A stretch of DNA of 64,000 nt from Octopus bimaculoides. Its lineage: Eukaryota. Made by a program: the position numbers and the translations under genes. This document shows, in pieces, positions 37,461 through 50,171 of the stretch. How positions within the stretch are numbered: the stretch's first letter is position 1; the number at the start of each line of letters is the position of its first letter. The stretch is from positions 11,393,592 to 11,457,591 of the forward strand of contig NC_068993.1 in assembly GCF_001194135.2 (NCBI RefSeq), read 5' to 3'. The notes beneath the pieces are model-generated. The model worked only from the letters and a program-made list of their open reading frames with translations. It was not told the DNA's origin and made no database searches.

Positions 37461-38264
37461 GCTAGGTTGCAGGACTAGTGTAGACAGATGAAATCTTTTA
37501 GGCAAGAACACAACGCATAGAACGTTCAGGAATCGAAACCGCACATTAAACCAACTCTAATCAACTCTTAATCTTTCAGAAACGTTGTCTTCGTTCGACT
37601 TGTAGATAAACCTTCTATAAAGAACAAAACCTTCATTTTCGATCTCATTCACTAATTGATACATCGGCGCTACAGAAGCATTTCTTGTTCAATTACAACG
37701 CAGATGAGGTGGTCATCAGAGCAGAGTCAGTGAAGACAGGACAAGGTTTATCTCGCTTCATGACTTAACACAAAACGTAGGCAATTCATGGCTATGTTCT
37801 AAGGAACAAACTGAACGCCAGCAACATAGATGTTTCGTTACCGCTACGTACCTACACATAATGTTTAGAAAGAGAGACTTACTATCAACAAAGCATAAAA
37901 AGCTTCGTAATAATTTGTCTAAATGATTTGATATATTCAAGAACAAACACAATATCTAAATCTAACGCATCGAATTTTAGACTAGTATTCAAAGCTCTTG
38001 CTATATCCCACAAGAGACACAAACGTACAAACTAATATGATTTTTATACTGAAATATTGCTTCCATACACATCGAGGTCAAGGATAAATTTTTTAAAACA
38101 CATTTTGCATAAATATGCAGAAATTGATGCATAATAGTTGTTTATAATTTGTTCTCTCTAGTCTTCTGTGCAGTAATAAACACTGGTAAAGGTTTTCAAA
38201 TATAGAAAAAAATGTTTGTGTTCGGGAATTTTAAGAACAGTGTCGTAAGAAAACAAAGGGAGGA

Positions 38265-38267
<3 letters not shown>

Positions 38268-38327
<60 letters not shown>

Positions 38328-38352
38328 AAGAGAGAAAGTGTGCGTTTGTGTA

Positions 38353-38383
<31 letters not shown>

Positions 38384-38395
38384 AAGAGAGAGAGG
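38268..38395. repeat. (GA)n(TG)n compound microsatellite
   Basis: Directly visible. Confidence 0.95.
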
Positions 38396-39152
38396 GGGGG
38401 CGAATAAACTGTTCAGTAAATTTGAAAGTCAAAAGATTAAAACTTTAAAATATCTAACTATAGAACAGGGGCGCCGCATTTTTGAATAATGAAAAAGCAA
38501 TCAATTTGTGTGAGGAAAATATCCCATGTTCCTTCCTTATGAGATATATTCAGAGTAAATCATATAATCTGAATAGATATATATTTCACTTTCTCTGGCT
38601 GCCAAGAAAAGAAAATAGAATTTCTCATAATAAAAAGATTATTATAAAATATATGAAATCATTACAAAATATACAAAATGCTTATAATGTATTTTGATGC
38701 CGTATATTTTCTTATGATACTATTTAACAATATTATTATTGTTCGCAGTAAGAAGAAATTATAAGAAAAAATGTTGAGAAAAATTGACTATTACTAACAT
38801 TTAGAAATGTTTTCTTCAGCAAAATAATTTTTCATAGAATATAAAAAGTGTAAACTTAACAAAAATGAAAGGCAATAAATAAGGAACCACATATCGTCTA
38901 ATGACGTTAAAATTTGTCGTGGTTACATTGGGAAGTCATCCCTCAGGTCATTTTACGTAACTACTATACAAAGAATCGTTTAAAATATATAAGTATTTTA
39001 AAATTTTGTTTACAAAACCAGAAATCATTTCGGAAGATGTATTACGAATTTGCATTTTCAAAGCATTTTTTGTCCATTCTATATTTAGCACCCTTTGGGC
39101 AATAAAGAAATAAATATAATTATGTATTCCTATGAGATGAAATATTATTTCT

Positions 39153-39357
39153 TTTCTAGTCTAGGCACAAATCCCCAAATTTTTGAGGAGCGGCCAGACA
39201 ATTAGATCGACCCCAGTACGCAACTGGTACTTAATTTATCGAACCCCAAAAGGATGAAAGGCAAAGACGACCTTGTTGGAATTTGAACGCAAAGTCCGAC
39301 GAAATGCCGGTAAGCATTTCGCCCGGCATGCTAACGATTCTGCCAGCTCGCCGCCTT
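39153..39357 (-). mobile_element. SINE family A, near full length
   Basis: Minus strand AAGGCGGCGAGCTGGCAGAATCGTTAGCATGCCGGGCGAAATGC...GGGGTCGATCTAATTG...TTGTGCCTAGACTAGAAA. Confidence 0.9.
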
Positions 39358-39361
39358 AAAC

Positions 39362-39532
39362 TTTTGATATTATGTATTAGTCGGAGAGATGTTGTCATCT
39401 CGGTTGTTGCTTTCACGAAGTTTTGGCATTGTACACTCCATCCGTCTTCAGGTGTCTTCAGATTCACCTTAATCTCTCTCCTTGGATTGGACGAAGAACT
39501 TCTAGATGACCTCACTGCGTTAACTAGGCGCC
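39362..39532 (-). mobile_element. Degenerate tRNA-headed, hammerhead-tailed element (left arm of a divergent pair)
   Basis: Minus strand CTAGTTAACGCAGTG...GTCCAATCC...TAAGGTGAATCTGAAGACAC-CTGAAGA-CGGATGGAGTGTACAATGCCAAAAC...GTGAAAGCAACAACCGAGAT. Confidence 0.65.
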
Positions 39533-39587
39533 TTTAAAAATACACTATCACACAGCCTATGAGCAGAGCGCTTAGTGGATAAGGACA

Positions 39588-39730
39588 CTGGTTAGTGCAG
39601 TGCAGTGAACTAGGGTTTCTCAGTTCAATCCCAAGCAAGGCACTAAGGTGATTCACAAGACACATGAACAACGATGGAGCGTACACAGACAGAAAATTAG
39701 TGAAAGCAACAACCAAGATTACGATTAATA
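39588..39730 (+). mobile_element. Degenerate tRNA-headed, hammerhead-tailed element (right arm of a divergent pair)
   Basis: CTGGTTAGTGCAGTG...AGTTCAATCC...TAAGGTGATTCACAAGACAC-ATGAACA-ACGATGGAGCGTACA...GAAA...GTGAAAGCAACAACCAAGAT. This 20-mer is 19/20 identical to the left arm. Confidence 0.6.
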
Positions 39731-40495
39731 CACAATATAATATTTATGGCTGAGGAAAATGACTAACATTTTTGGTGTGGGTATCGAAATTTGCATGCCT
39801 CAATAGGGAGTTAAAGTAACTTACCTTCATAAGATTATCTTTTCCGTTACAAAAACGAAACAAAGCAATATTGACGAAGGAATTTGCTCTGTTTATTGTG
39901 AACGACAGAAGGAGGTCAAGTACTCTGTGTATTCAATATTATTGCTGATTAGCAACGCAATTTTATACTTTTCCAAATTTATACCTTTAGAGAAAAATGA
40001 AATCTACGCAAACACACAGGAATATTTAGTGCGACATGCATCCGCTTTGATTCCAAGAGAGATGAACAAACTAGAAAGACGTTTCATTTTCAGATGATAA
40101 ATTCATCTCACGGGTTTTATAGGCAAACATATTCACATAAGGAAAACTTGCTTCAACAGAAGCACGAATACACGCACACACACACACAAGCATACACATA
40201 CATATACACGTACGTAGATACTTATGTATGTATGTATGTATGTATGTATGCTAATATGTGTGTGTTTGTGTGTGATTACGTGACTGTAAAGTTTATAATT
40301 GAACCTAGTTATATATATTCCCTCCTTAACTTGTAAGTATATTATCAGTATTGTAATAGAAGCATTACATATACATATATACATGTGTGTGTGTGTGTGC
40401 ATGTGTAAGTGTGTATGTGTGTGAGTGAGTGTGTGCGTGTATCTGTGCATATATGTATATGTATATATATATATATAATTATAAAAAATATATAT

Positions 40496-40545
<50 letters not shown>

Positions 40546-40546
40546 C

Positions 40547-40593
<47 letters not shown>

Positions 40594-41653
40594 CATATGC
40601 TTATATATACACACACAAAGACAATTACAAAGATATTTCTGCTCACATAGTCACGTAATGTGCTGCAGACGCCGTTATATACACAATATAGATCTGTATG
40701 CAACTATACAGCCGTGCATACTCATACACTCAACAAGCCTTTTACCCAAATGCACACATTTTAAACTCAATAGGAGCTAAAACACTCTCATATTTTCATG
40801 TATTTCACACACATACTGGCAAGATATATGAGAGCATATGCAGTCTTCTGTATAAATTATTCATTGTATTCAGTTTACAAGAAGCTATCAGTTGCGGAAC
40901 TACTCACGGGATCTCATTACGTGTCCCTGGGGAAATTAAAGGATAACTTATAAATTGCAATGATTAGAAATTCTTCACAATGTGAGCCAAGCACACGAAG
41001 TAAGGTTGGAGACATGCAAGCGAAATAGAGACAGAGTAACATACACACTAGCATATATATATATATATATATANNNNNNNNNNNNNNNNNNNNNNNNNNN
41101 NNNNNNNNNNNNNNNNNNNNNNNNNNNNNNNNNNNNNNNNNNNNNNNNNNNNNNNNNNNNNNNNNNNNNNNNNNNNNNNNNNNNNNNNNNNNNNNNNNNN
41201 NNNNNNNNNNNNNNNNNNNNNNNNNNNNNNNNNNNNNNNNNNNNNNNNNNNNNNNNNNNNNNNNNNNNNNNNNNNNNNNNNNNNNNNNNNNNNNNNNNNN
41301 NNNNNNNNNNNNNNNNNNNNNNNNNNNNNNNNNNNNNNNNNNNNNNNNNNNNNNNNNNNNNNNNNNNNNNNNNNNNNNNNNNNNNNNNNNNNNNNNNNNN
41401 NNNNNNNNNNNNNNNNNNNNNNNNNNNNNNNNNNNNNNNNNNNNNNNNNNNNNNNNNNNNNNNNNNNNNNNNNNNNNNNNNNNNNNNNNNNNNNNNNNNN
41501 NNNNNNNNNNNNNNNNNNNNNNNNNNNNNNNNNNNNNNNNNNNNNNNNNNNNNNNNNNNNNNNNNNNNNNNNNNNNNNNNNNNNNNNNNNNNNNNNNNNN
41601 NNNNNNNNNNNNNNNNNNNNNNNNNNNNNNNNNNNNNNNNNNNNNNNNNNNNN

Positions 41654-41685
<32 letters not shown>

Positions 41686-42257
41686 TATCTATGTGTATAT
41701 TTATATACATGTGTATATACCTATATGCATGCACACTTTTGTGTATGCATACACATACGAGCACCCACGTACAAGGACTCACGGAAGAACGCACATACGG
41801 ACACGTCCGCATACATATGACGTATTTAACCCATAACGGAGACATGCCTCGAAATAAAATCAAGTATATACCTAATGAAATAATCACATATATATTCATA
41901 TATTCTACATTAAAAATAGAATTCTATTTTTACTGATAATAGCTGTGGCTCGAGAATTTAGAGAAATTTTGTGTTCCTTTCTTTGTTCTTGATATTTCTT
42001 CTGTTTTCGGATATCTTCATTGTCCATGACAGAGTGTATAGAAACTGTAAATTTTCTTTGGACTTTTATTGATATTCAGCGGGTGTCTCGCGCATAAATG
42101 TTATAAATGCTTCACTTTCGGAAACTCTTTACTTTCTCATGATTTAGATAATACATACATACATACATACGTACATACAAATCTGCACATATACATATAT
42201 ACATACATACATGCATACATACATACATACATACATACATACATACATGCAAAAATA

Positions 42258-42340
42258 CTCTGTTGTTGCTGTTGAAATTCCAATGGAGGAATCTTGAATC
42301 TAAGTTAGAAGCCGACTCTTTCTCTATTGGCAAGAAATAT
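42258..42340 (-). repeat. Short interspersed repeat (family F), also at 45455-45520 on the plus strand
   Basis: AATAGAGAAAGAGTCGGCTTCTAACTTAGATTCAAGATTCCTCCATTGGAATTTCA versus AATAAAGAACCGGTTTCTGACCTAGATCCAAGGCACCTTCATTGGAATTTCA. Confidence 0.65.
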
Positions 42341-42367
42341 TGAAATAAAACTGAATATTGACATACA

Positions 42368-42398
<31 letters not shown>

Positions 42399-42506
42399 TT
42401 ATATATATATGAGCAAGATTAGATATGCAACTATACGCATGAGTATATATATACATAAAACAAAACATACGAATCTCCATGTATACATACATAAATACAT
42501 CCATAC

Positions 42507-42735
42507 CTGGGAAGAAGGGAGTCTGGGGATATGCCGAGCAATCAGCAAAGTTGTGATGTCAGAGGTGTGAGAGCATAGGAGGAATCTAATTTCAATCTGG
42601 CTAGACTACAACAAAGCCTTTGACTCTGTTTCCCAATCACGGATGCTAGAAGCCCCTCAAGTTGCGAAAGTTCCAGTGAGTATAGCCAAAGCCATAGCTG
42701 ACCTGACTTCATCCTGGGCCACCCTTTGAAATTAA
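42507..42735 (+). mobile_element. RLE-type LINE RT fragment
   Basis: WLDYNKAFDSVSQSRMLEAPQVAKVPVSIAKAIADLTSSWAT matches the DYxKAFDSVxH RT motif of R4/NeSL-like elements. Confidence 0.75.
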
Positions 42736-42769
42736 ACACAAAGCGTGACTGTATTATCACTGATAGAAT

Positions 42770-42946
42770 AAAATACCTTAGGAATGAGAACCCAGGTTCG
42801 AAATTTCCCTGAGACACCTGATGAAGGCTGGGATGTATATTAGCCGAAACGTTGTGTTATCAAGAAACAAGATGAGGACAAATATCCGTTAAATGTAAAT
42901 AATGTAAATAATGTACATAATTCCTCATCTCTTAAATATAGAACTG
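42770..42946 (+). mobile_element. 5'-truncated copy of the hammerhead-tailed element
   Basis: Homologous to 1851-1986; ends in AATGTAAATAATGTAAATAATGTACATAATTCC. Confidence 0.8.
42813..42858 (+). ncRNA. Minimal type-I hammerhead ribozyme, intact core
   Basis: Stem I GACAC/GTGTT; CTGATGA plus an extra A; stem II GGCTGG/TTAGCC; GAAA; palindromic AACGTT stem III with a GUU cleavage triplet. Confidence 0.75.
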
Positions 42947-42958
42947 CAGATAGGCACA

Positions 42959-42990
<32 letters not shown>

Positions 42991-44349
42991 CATGTATATG
43001 TATATATATGTCTGTATATATGTATATATATATATGTATATACTTATGTATATATATATATATNNNNNNNNNNNNNNNNNNNNNNNNNNNNNNNNNNNNN
43101 NNNNNNNNNNNNNNNNNNNNNNNNNNNNNNNNNNNNNNNNNNNNNNNNNNNNNNNNNNNNNNNNNNNNNNNNNNNNNNNNNNNNNNNNNNNNNNNNNNNN
43201 NNNNNNNNNNNNNNNNNNNNNNNNNNNNNNNNNNNNNNNNNNNNNNNNNNNNNNNNNNNNNNNNNNNNNNNNNNNNNNNNNNNNNNNNNNNNNNNNNNNN
43301 NNNNNNNNNNNNNNNNNNNNNNNNNNNNNNNNNNNNNNNNNNNNNNNNNNNNNNNNNNNNNNNNNNNNNNNNNNNNNNNNNNNNNNNNNNNNNNNNNTAT
43401 ATATATATATATATATATATATTTGCGTGTGCGTGTATGTGTTTGTGTGCATGTGAATTATGCGTATACGTGATATTGCCTCCATATGCTGATAGTTGGG
43501 AAAAGAAGTTTTAAACGAAGCAGAGAGAATAGAGATGTGTTTTAGTAAGTTTTTTTCCGTTAGAAGATGAGCGACTGCTTTTGATTGATATGGACGATAT
43601 AAGAACTAGGATGTTATATACCTTTTGACAAAATGTCCATCTAAGCGTGTAGTTACATATTTACTCGCTTAAAAAAATATGCCTAAGTATATGTGAAGCT
43701 AATATCTACTTACAAAAAAACAAACAAATCCTACACTCTTGAAGTGGCTATACCTACACAGACACACAGACACAGACACGCACATACTTACATGGATATG
43801 TTTGTATATTACAAATTCGTGTGGTCTTGTGTCTGTGTTTAAGTGAATGCGCTGTTATAGTTTTGTATCCACGGCTGTATGAATGTATATTTGTTTGTAA
43901 TATATATGTATTTTCCCCGAACTCACGTTTGATGACTGAAGCAAAATAATATGCAAAATGCTATATTATCTTTGTAATATTGTGCTAAATGTCCAAAACC
44001 GCTTTCGGAAAAAAATAATAATAAAGAAGCGAGTAATCCAGATGAAAATACAAGAATGAAAACATTAGAAAAGATAAACGGAACTGAAGAAAAAAAAAAA
44101 AGCAAAACAAAAAATAAATTGGAACAAAATGCACGAAAATAATATTAATGTTTCGAGGGCATTTTTTTTTTTTTAAGAAAATTTCCATTTCTTACGGCTC
44201 GATTACATTTTATTTCCAATGCCAGAAACAAGGTCGGCCATACTGTTGCTGACTCTCAAGATTTACTCAAGCAATTCGTTACATCTGCCTCTCTGGATGG
44301 TGAGTGCCGAATTACGAATGAGCTGCAGTGGATTCTTCCCTTTTAATGA

Positions 44350-44780
44350 CTATGCATGTATGATTGTATGTATTTATGTAAGTATGTATGTACGTATGTA
44401 TGTATGTATGTATGTATGTATGTATGTATGTATGTATGTATGCGTGTGTATGTATGTATGTATGTATGTATGTAGGAATGTATGTTTGTATGTATGGATT
44501 TATGTATGTATGTATGCATGTGTATGTATGTATGTATGATTGTATGTATGTATATGTGTGTGTGTATGTATGTATGTATNNNNNNNNNNNNNNNNNNNNN
44601 NNNNNNNNNNNNNNNNNNNNNNNNNNNNNNNNNNNNNNNNNNNNNNNNNNNNNNNNNNNNNNNNNNNNNNNNNATATATATATATATGCATATATATGTA
44701 TATATGTATATATATATGTGTGTACTACATATATAGGTAGATGTGTATACCTGTATACATATCGAGACCTACACATACAC
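44350..44780. repeat. (TATG)n / gap / (TA)n microsatellite field
   Basis: Directly visible. Confidence 0.95.
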
Positions 44781-45622
44781 ATATAGTAAACAAACACAGG
44801 CAACCGCCCCCCCCCACCACCACCACACACACATTTCTATATTCTCTTACCAGGACACGATTTCAGTTGAAGCGAAGTATCTGAGAACATATTTGCTTGG
44901 CACATATGGTCATTGAAGTTTATGCATATTTTCTACTTTTTTGTTTTATGCCATTCTTCTTTAGTGTTGCTTTTCTGGTTCTCCTCTACAATATGGATAT
45001 GGTAAATCCTTTTTACAAATTATAGAACATCGCATGCGTAAATATGGTGCTAGTGTTAAAAATGAGAGCATTTCATTTTTTACTGATTATTATTTATAAT
45101 ATTTACCATTCGATTTCACCTACGCTGTGGAACCGTCAGCAAGTTTTCAATTGATACTCACCAATGCCAGTTTCTAAATTGAGGATGAGCTAATTTTAAC
45201 ATTCTGTATGACACTAGTTTCAAAATGACAGGTTATAATTGGAAGCATCTTATATACAAAGTAAGTACGTCCTTATAGGACTCTACCCAGGCATACTTTC
45301 ATGCAGGTATGAGATTTCTATTTTTTAATTATTCCAAATCTTCCACCGAGGATGGAGTCACTTTCCAAGGCATATATGTACGTATGTATGTATGTACGTA
45401 TGTATGAATATGTATGCATGTATGTGTGTATGTAATTATTTCAAGATTTCTTATCAATAAAGAACCGGTTTCTGACCTAGATCCAAGGCACCTTCATTGG
45501 AATTTCATCATCAACATCAGCTTATTTTTTGTATGTATGTATATGTGGAGATTTCTTTCTTTTGTTTTATGTATATATTCTCATATATATATTTGCATAT
45601 ATATAGACATGCTGATATATAT

Positions 45623-46150
45623 TTAAATGATTAACCTATGGAAAGTTTTACAGATTTTTACAGTTCTAGTGACGGATTGGATCTGTAGTTTTCGAATTAG
45701 CTTTCTCCTTTCTGGTTTAGAGAAACCTAATTTTTCAAGCGTGGTATTTACGCACTGTGTTACATATCCCAGAGCACCAATAATTACAGGTATACACCTG
45801 AACTTGTAATTTGGATAGAGTAACTGCAGGTTTCTCAATAGTTCAGCGTCGGTATTATTCACTGATCTTTAGTTTTATGTTAACATCTGCTGGTCAGCTG
45901 ATTTCCACAACTGTTTCCACGGTTTCCTTTTTTATTGCAAATCATTATATCAGGTCTATTGAGTTTACATTTTATTGAGGTTTTAACTGTGACATTCCAC
46001 CAGTTCTCCTTTTTATGATGAGTGTGTATGGCTTCCACCATAGTGTGAGTTCATATTGTTTTTGTCTCGATGGATCTTGTTATACAGTGTCCTAGCTACA
46101 ACATCATGTCTTATCGTTACACAATACCGTGATGACATTTTTGGACAACA
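45623..46150 (-). mobile_element. RLE-type non-LTR retrotransposon 3' fragment
   Basis: KMSSRY...RHDVVARTLY, WWNVTVKTSIKCKLNRPDI and LQLLYPNYKFRCIPVIIGALGYV...VKICKTF. Confidence 0.85.
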
Positions 46151-46228
46151 GTTTATGATTTGGAAGATAACTTCGGTGTTAACTCACACACACACACACA
46201 CACACACACACGTACACACACACATATA

Positions 46229-46311
<83 letters not shown>

Positions 46312-47039
46312 ATGTATGTATGTATGTACGTGTTTCTACGTACTCCTACTTTCCGCTCAGATATGTATCAGATTATTTCATTTTTAGTCGTACATAATAT
46401 CCTCTAATTCACTTAACTACTCTTACTTTCATTTGTTAATCAATCCATCAATCAAATTTCCTCGCCTTCTGAATATGTAAGTAAATAATATTTAACAAAA
46501 ATACAAACAAACAAACAAACTGTGCGTTATTACGAAATTTATGTCAATGTGCATTGTGAAAAAATTGGCCATGTTTGATATAATATCTATTTTAGTGCCA
46601 CTGACTGAACAGTTTTAGCTCTAGATATCGATTTTATATCGTTCACTTATCAATAATACAATTTCCAGACTTATAGAGAATTGCAATAGATATATTCGAT
46701 GCATGAATATAATACTGATTGAAGAATTATCATTTCGTTTCCTTACATCAAAATATATTGTTATCGCAGCACAAAAAAACAATGATTTATCTCTACATAG
46801 GTGATACTAGATTATAAGAATTATCCGCTATGCGATTTTAATCGGAATTAGTACATCAAAATTTAGTAGTGTTTCTAGACTGATACGAATTTATTCGCAA
46901 AACTTAAAGAAGTCATGTTGCGTATTACAATAAGTTACTCTTAATATCTATTTCCAGATCGACACTTTCAAATTCTATATCCGATATATTAAAATACTAC
47001 AAGGTCATACAAATACACATATATATTAACTGTATCAAG

Positions 47040-47390
47040 TGAAACTAGGAGAGAAAGAAATGTCTGTTTCCGATATTTGATAGATATCGTCAGAATCTTT
47101 CTGTTCTGTTATGCGGGAAATTAAGTCTCTGATGTGGTGTAAATGAGTTAAGTCAGCTGACGAGAGCCATCATATTGAGTGCTTCATTTATCCTCTTGAG
47201 GTCTGGAGTCAGTGAGCCCTTTTCCTCAAAAAGTAGCCCCTTCCTGTATCGCATTGGGGCAGACTATTTTGCGAACTTATAGAAAGCTTTAGGGTTTTTT
47301 TTAATATTTTCCATCACCTGGCTTCTCTGTTTGCCCTTTCTGTTTCATGGGGGATTTGAATTTTCTCAGGCTCTAAGAGCGCTATTTTGA
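47040..47390 (-). mobile_element. CR1-like LINE ORF2 linker fragment
   Basis: KKNPKAFYKFAK*SAPMRYRKGLLFEEKGSLT...RINEALN. Confidence 0.7.
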
Positions 47391-47399
47391 GGTGGGGGG

Positions 47400-47760
47400 C
47401 CATTTGCTGCGATTAGGCTCCTTATTTAAGCGATTCAAAATCTTTACCCTCCATCTCATTAGGATTCTCCTATCTTATATCAGATACTATAGTGTAAATC
47501 GTTTGGGCCATTTAAAATGTGTCTGGGGTTCATGAGTTGAGCGGTAGATATTGCTTTGATCCCGTGGGCTTATAGTATTTGTCTGTTTCTACATTGCCGT
47601 TGGATTTCTTAATGAAGATGTCGAGCAAAGGAAGTTGTTGATAGCTATATTCCATCGAAAACTGAACATTTATGTCAAGTCCAAACAACTATTAAGATTC
47701 ACAACTACCAAGCCTGTTTTTCATTTGAGTGATTGAGCACCAGTGAAACACACGAATCTA
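47400..47760 (-). mobile_element. Penelope-like element RT C-terminal fragment
   Basis: VQFSMEYSYQQLPLLDIFIKKSNGNVETDKYYKPTGSKQYLPLNS matches the PLE motif FTxE...LPFLD...TxxYxKPT...YL. Confidence 0.85.
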
Positions 47761-48699
47761 GTAAAATAATTTATAAATATAAAAGAACATTATTATTAAT
47801 AAATATAATAATGTTAGTGACTACATACATACATACATACATATGTGTGAATGCAAATCTATAGGAATATGTAAGTATATATATATATANNNNNNNNNNN
47901 NNNNNNNNNNNNNNNNNNNNNNNNNNNNNNNNNNNNNNNNNNNNNNNNNNNNNNNNNNNNNNNNNNNNNNNNNNNNNNNNNNNNNNNNNNNNNNNNNNNN
48001 NNNNNNNNNNNNNNNNNNNNNNNNNNNNNNNNNNNNNNNNNNNNNNNNNNNNNNNNNNNNNNNNNNNNNNNNNNNNNNNNNNNNNNNNNNNNNNNNNNNN
48101 NNNNNNNNNNNNNNNNNNNNNNNNNNNNNNNNNNNNNNNNNNNNNNNNNNNNNNNNNNNNNNNNNNNNNNNNNNNNNNNNNNNNNNNNNNNNNNNNNNNN
48201 NNNNNNNNNNNNNNNNNNNNNNNNNNNNNNNNNNNNNNNNNNNNNNNNNNNNNNNNNNNNNNNNNNNNNNNNNNNNNNNNNNNNNNNNNNNNNNNNNNNN
48301 NNNNNNNNNNNNNNNNNNNNNNNNNNNNNNNNNNNNNNNNNNNNNNNNNNNNNNNNNNNNNNNNNNNNNNNNNNNNNNNNNNNNNNNNNNNNNNNNNNNN
48401 NNNNNNNNNNNNNNNNNNNNNNNNNNNNNNNNNNNNNNNNNNNNNNNNNNNNNNNNNNNNNNNNNNNNNNNNNNNNNNNNNNNNNNNNNNNNNNNNNNNN
48501 NNNNNNNNNNNNNNNNNNNNNNNNNNNNNNNNNNNNNNNNNNNNNATATATATATGTATACATAGATATATATACCTATATACATGCATAAGTGTGTGTT
48601 TGTGTGTGTGCGTGTGCATGTGTCTCTCTTCGTCTCCCACACTCGTTTGATAAACGGATTTAGTTTCTCTACGCTCTTGTATCTTAGCAATTCGGTTAA

Positions 48700-48820
48700 C
48701 GATCAGATGGAATAAGTATCAGGCTTAAAGAAACTAATAGAATCGTTTCATTCGACTAAAAATTTCTTCCAGGTGCAGCCCCAGCATGGCCAGACCCCAA
48801 TGACTGAAACAGTTAAAAGA
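48700..48820 (+). mobile_element. SINE 3' tail (family D), also at 58405-58470
   Basis: GGTGCAGCCCCAGCATGGCCAGAC..AATGACTGAAACAGTTAAAAGA versus GGTGGTGCTCCAGTATGGCTGCAGTC..TAATTGAAACAAGTAAATGA. Confidence 0.65.
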
Positions 48821-49316
48821 TAAAAGATAGCATACACACGCACACACACACACACACACACACGCACACACACACACAGACACACAAGCACACTACCAAT
48901 TATTACATAATACACTTCTGAAGCACGATAAAAATATTTCTGTTCAGTTCTAATATGCATAAGGGAATACATGAAGTTGATTTGCTGCAGATACGACGAA
49001 TGAAAAACAAGCTAATATGGAAAGGGAACAGCGTCAACCTACGAATATACAAAAACACGTAAACATTCTGTCACATAGTATACACGTCTTTCTTTGTCAA
49101 GCATGTGTAAATGGGATGTGTGCGTTTATTTTTCTATTACGTATTTTTATTTACGCTAGTGTGAGTGGCCATTTATATGTGTATGTGTTTGTACTTTGAC
49201 ATAATGACTTGTTTCCGTTTGTTTTTTCATATGCATTAGGATAATGACATGAGAGTCGCTTCTAAATCAGATTTCGTTGATACTGAAAGAATATGATCCG
49301 TTGCGATATAGGCGAT

Positions 49317-49348
<32 letters not shown>

Positions 49349-50171
49349 CACACACATATGCATCTACACACTCATACAAACACACGTATTATATATATAT
49401 ATATATATATATAAGCCATATGCGTATTCTTATGAATGCATATACATATACATACATAGTTATGTGTATATATGTATGTATATAAGTATGTATATGTATA
49501 TATGTATACATAGACAGACATATAGTGTATAGATAATCTGGCAAAAGTATGCTTAGTGTTCATCCACAAGAAGATAAAAAACTTTAAACATTTTTCTATC
49601 TTTTGATCCATCCATTTTATCTCTCTGTCTCACACGTCTTTTCTCTCTCTCACTCTCTTCTTTTTTCTCTCTCACTTTCTGGCTTTCTCTTATTCACATT
49701 CTCTCATTCTCTCTCACCTTAACTCCCTCAGTTACACACACACTCTCTCTATCCGAGAGAATGTGTGAGAGCGCGTTTATTTACGTGTGTATGTAAGTAT
49801 GTGTGTGCTTATAATTGTCCACCTTGCAATCTTAATCCTATTTACTCTTTACCATATGTGTATTTTATTCCGACATGTTAAGTTCACTTTCCAATTTGGC
49901 ATCAATATCTGTTATTTCGTGCTCATCCCTTCTCTTATTTCTTCTTCTTTTGATACCCTTTAAGCTCGGATTCATGTAATTTTGATCTCCAGAAAATGAC
50001 ACCCTTGGTTTGTAGTCTTTTTGCAAACTATTATTTTGATATTTATCTCTTGGAATTTCGTGTTATATAAACTTGTTAGACATAAGGAGGCGTGTCTAGA
50101 AGTTCATTGACCTAAATCTATCAGGAATCTAGTAAATCTGCTGAACACATAATTTTACAACTGTACATTAT

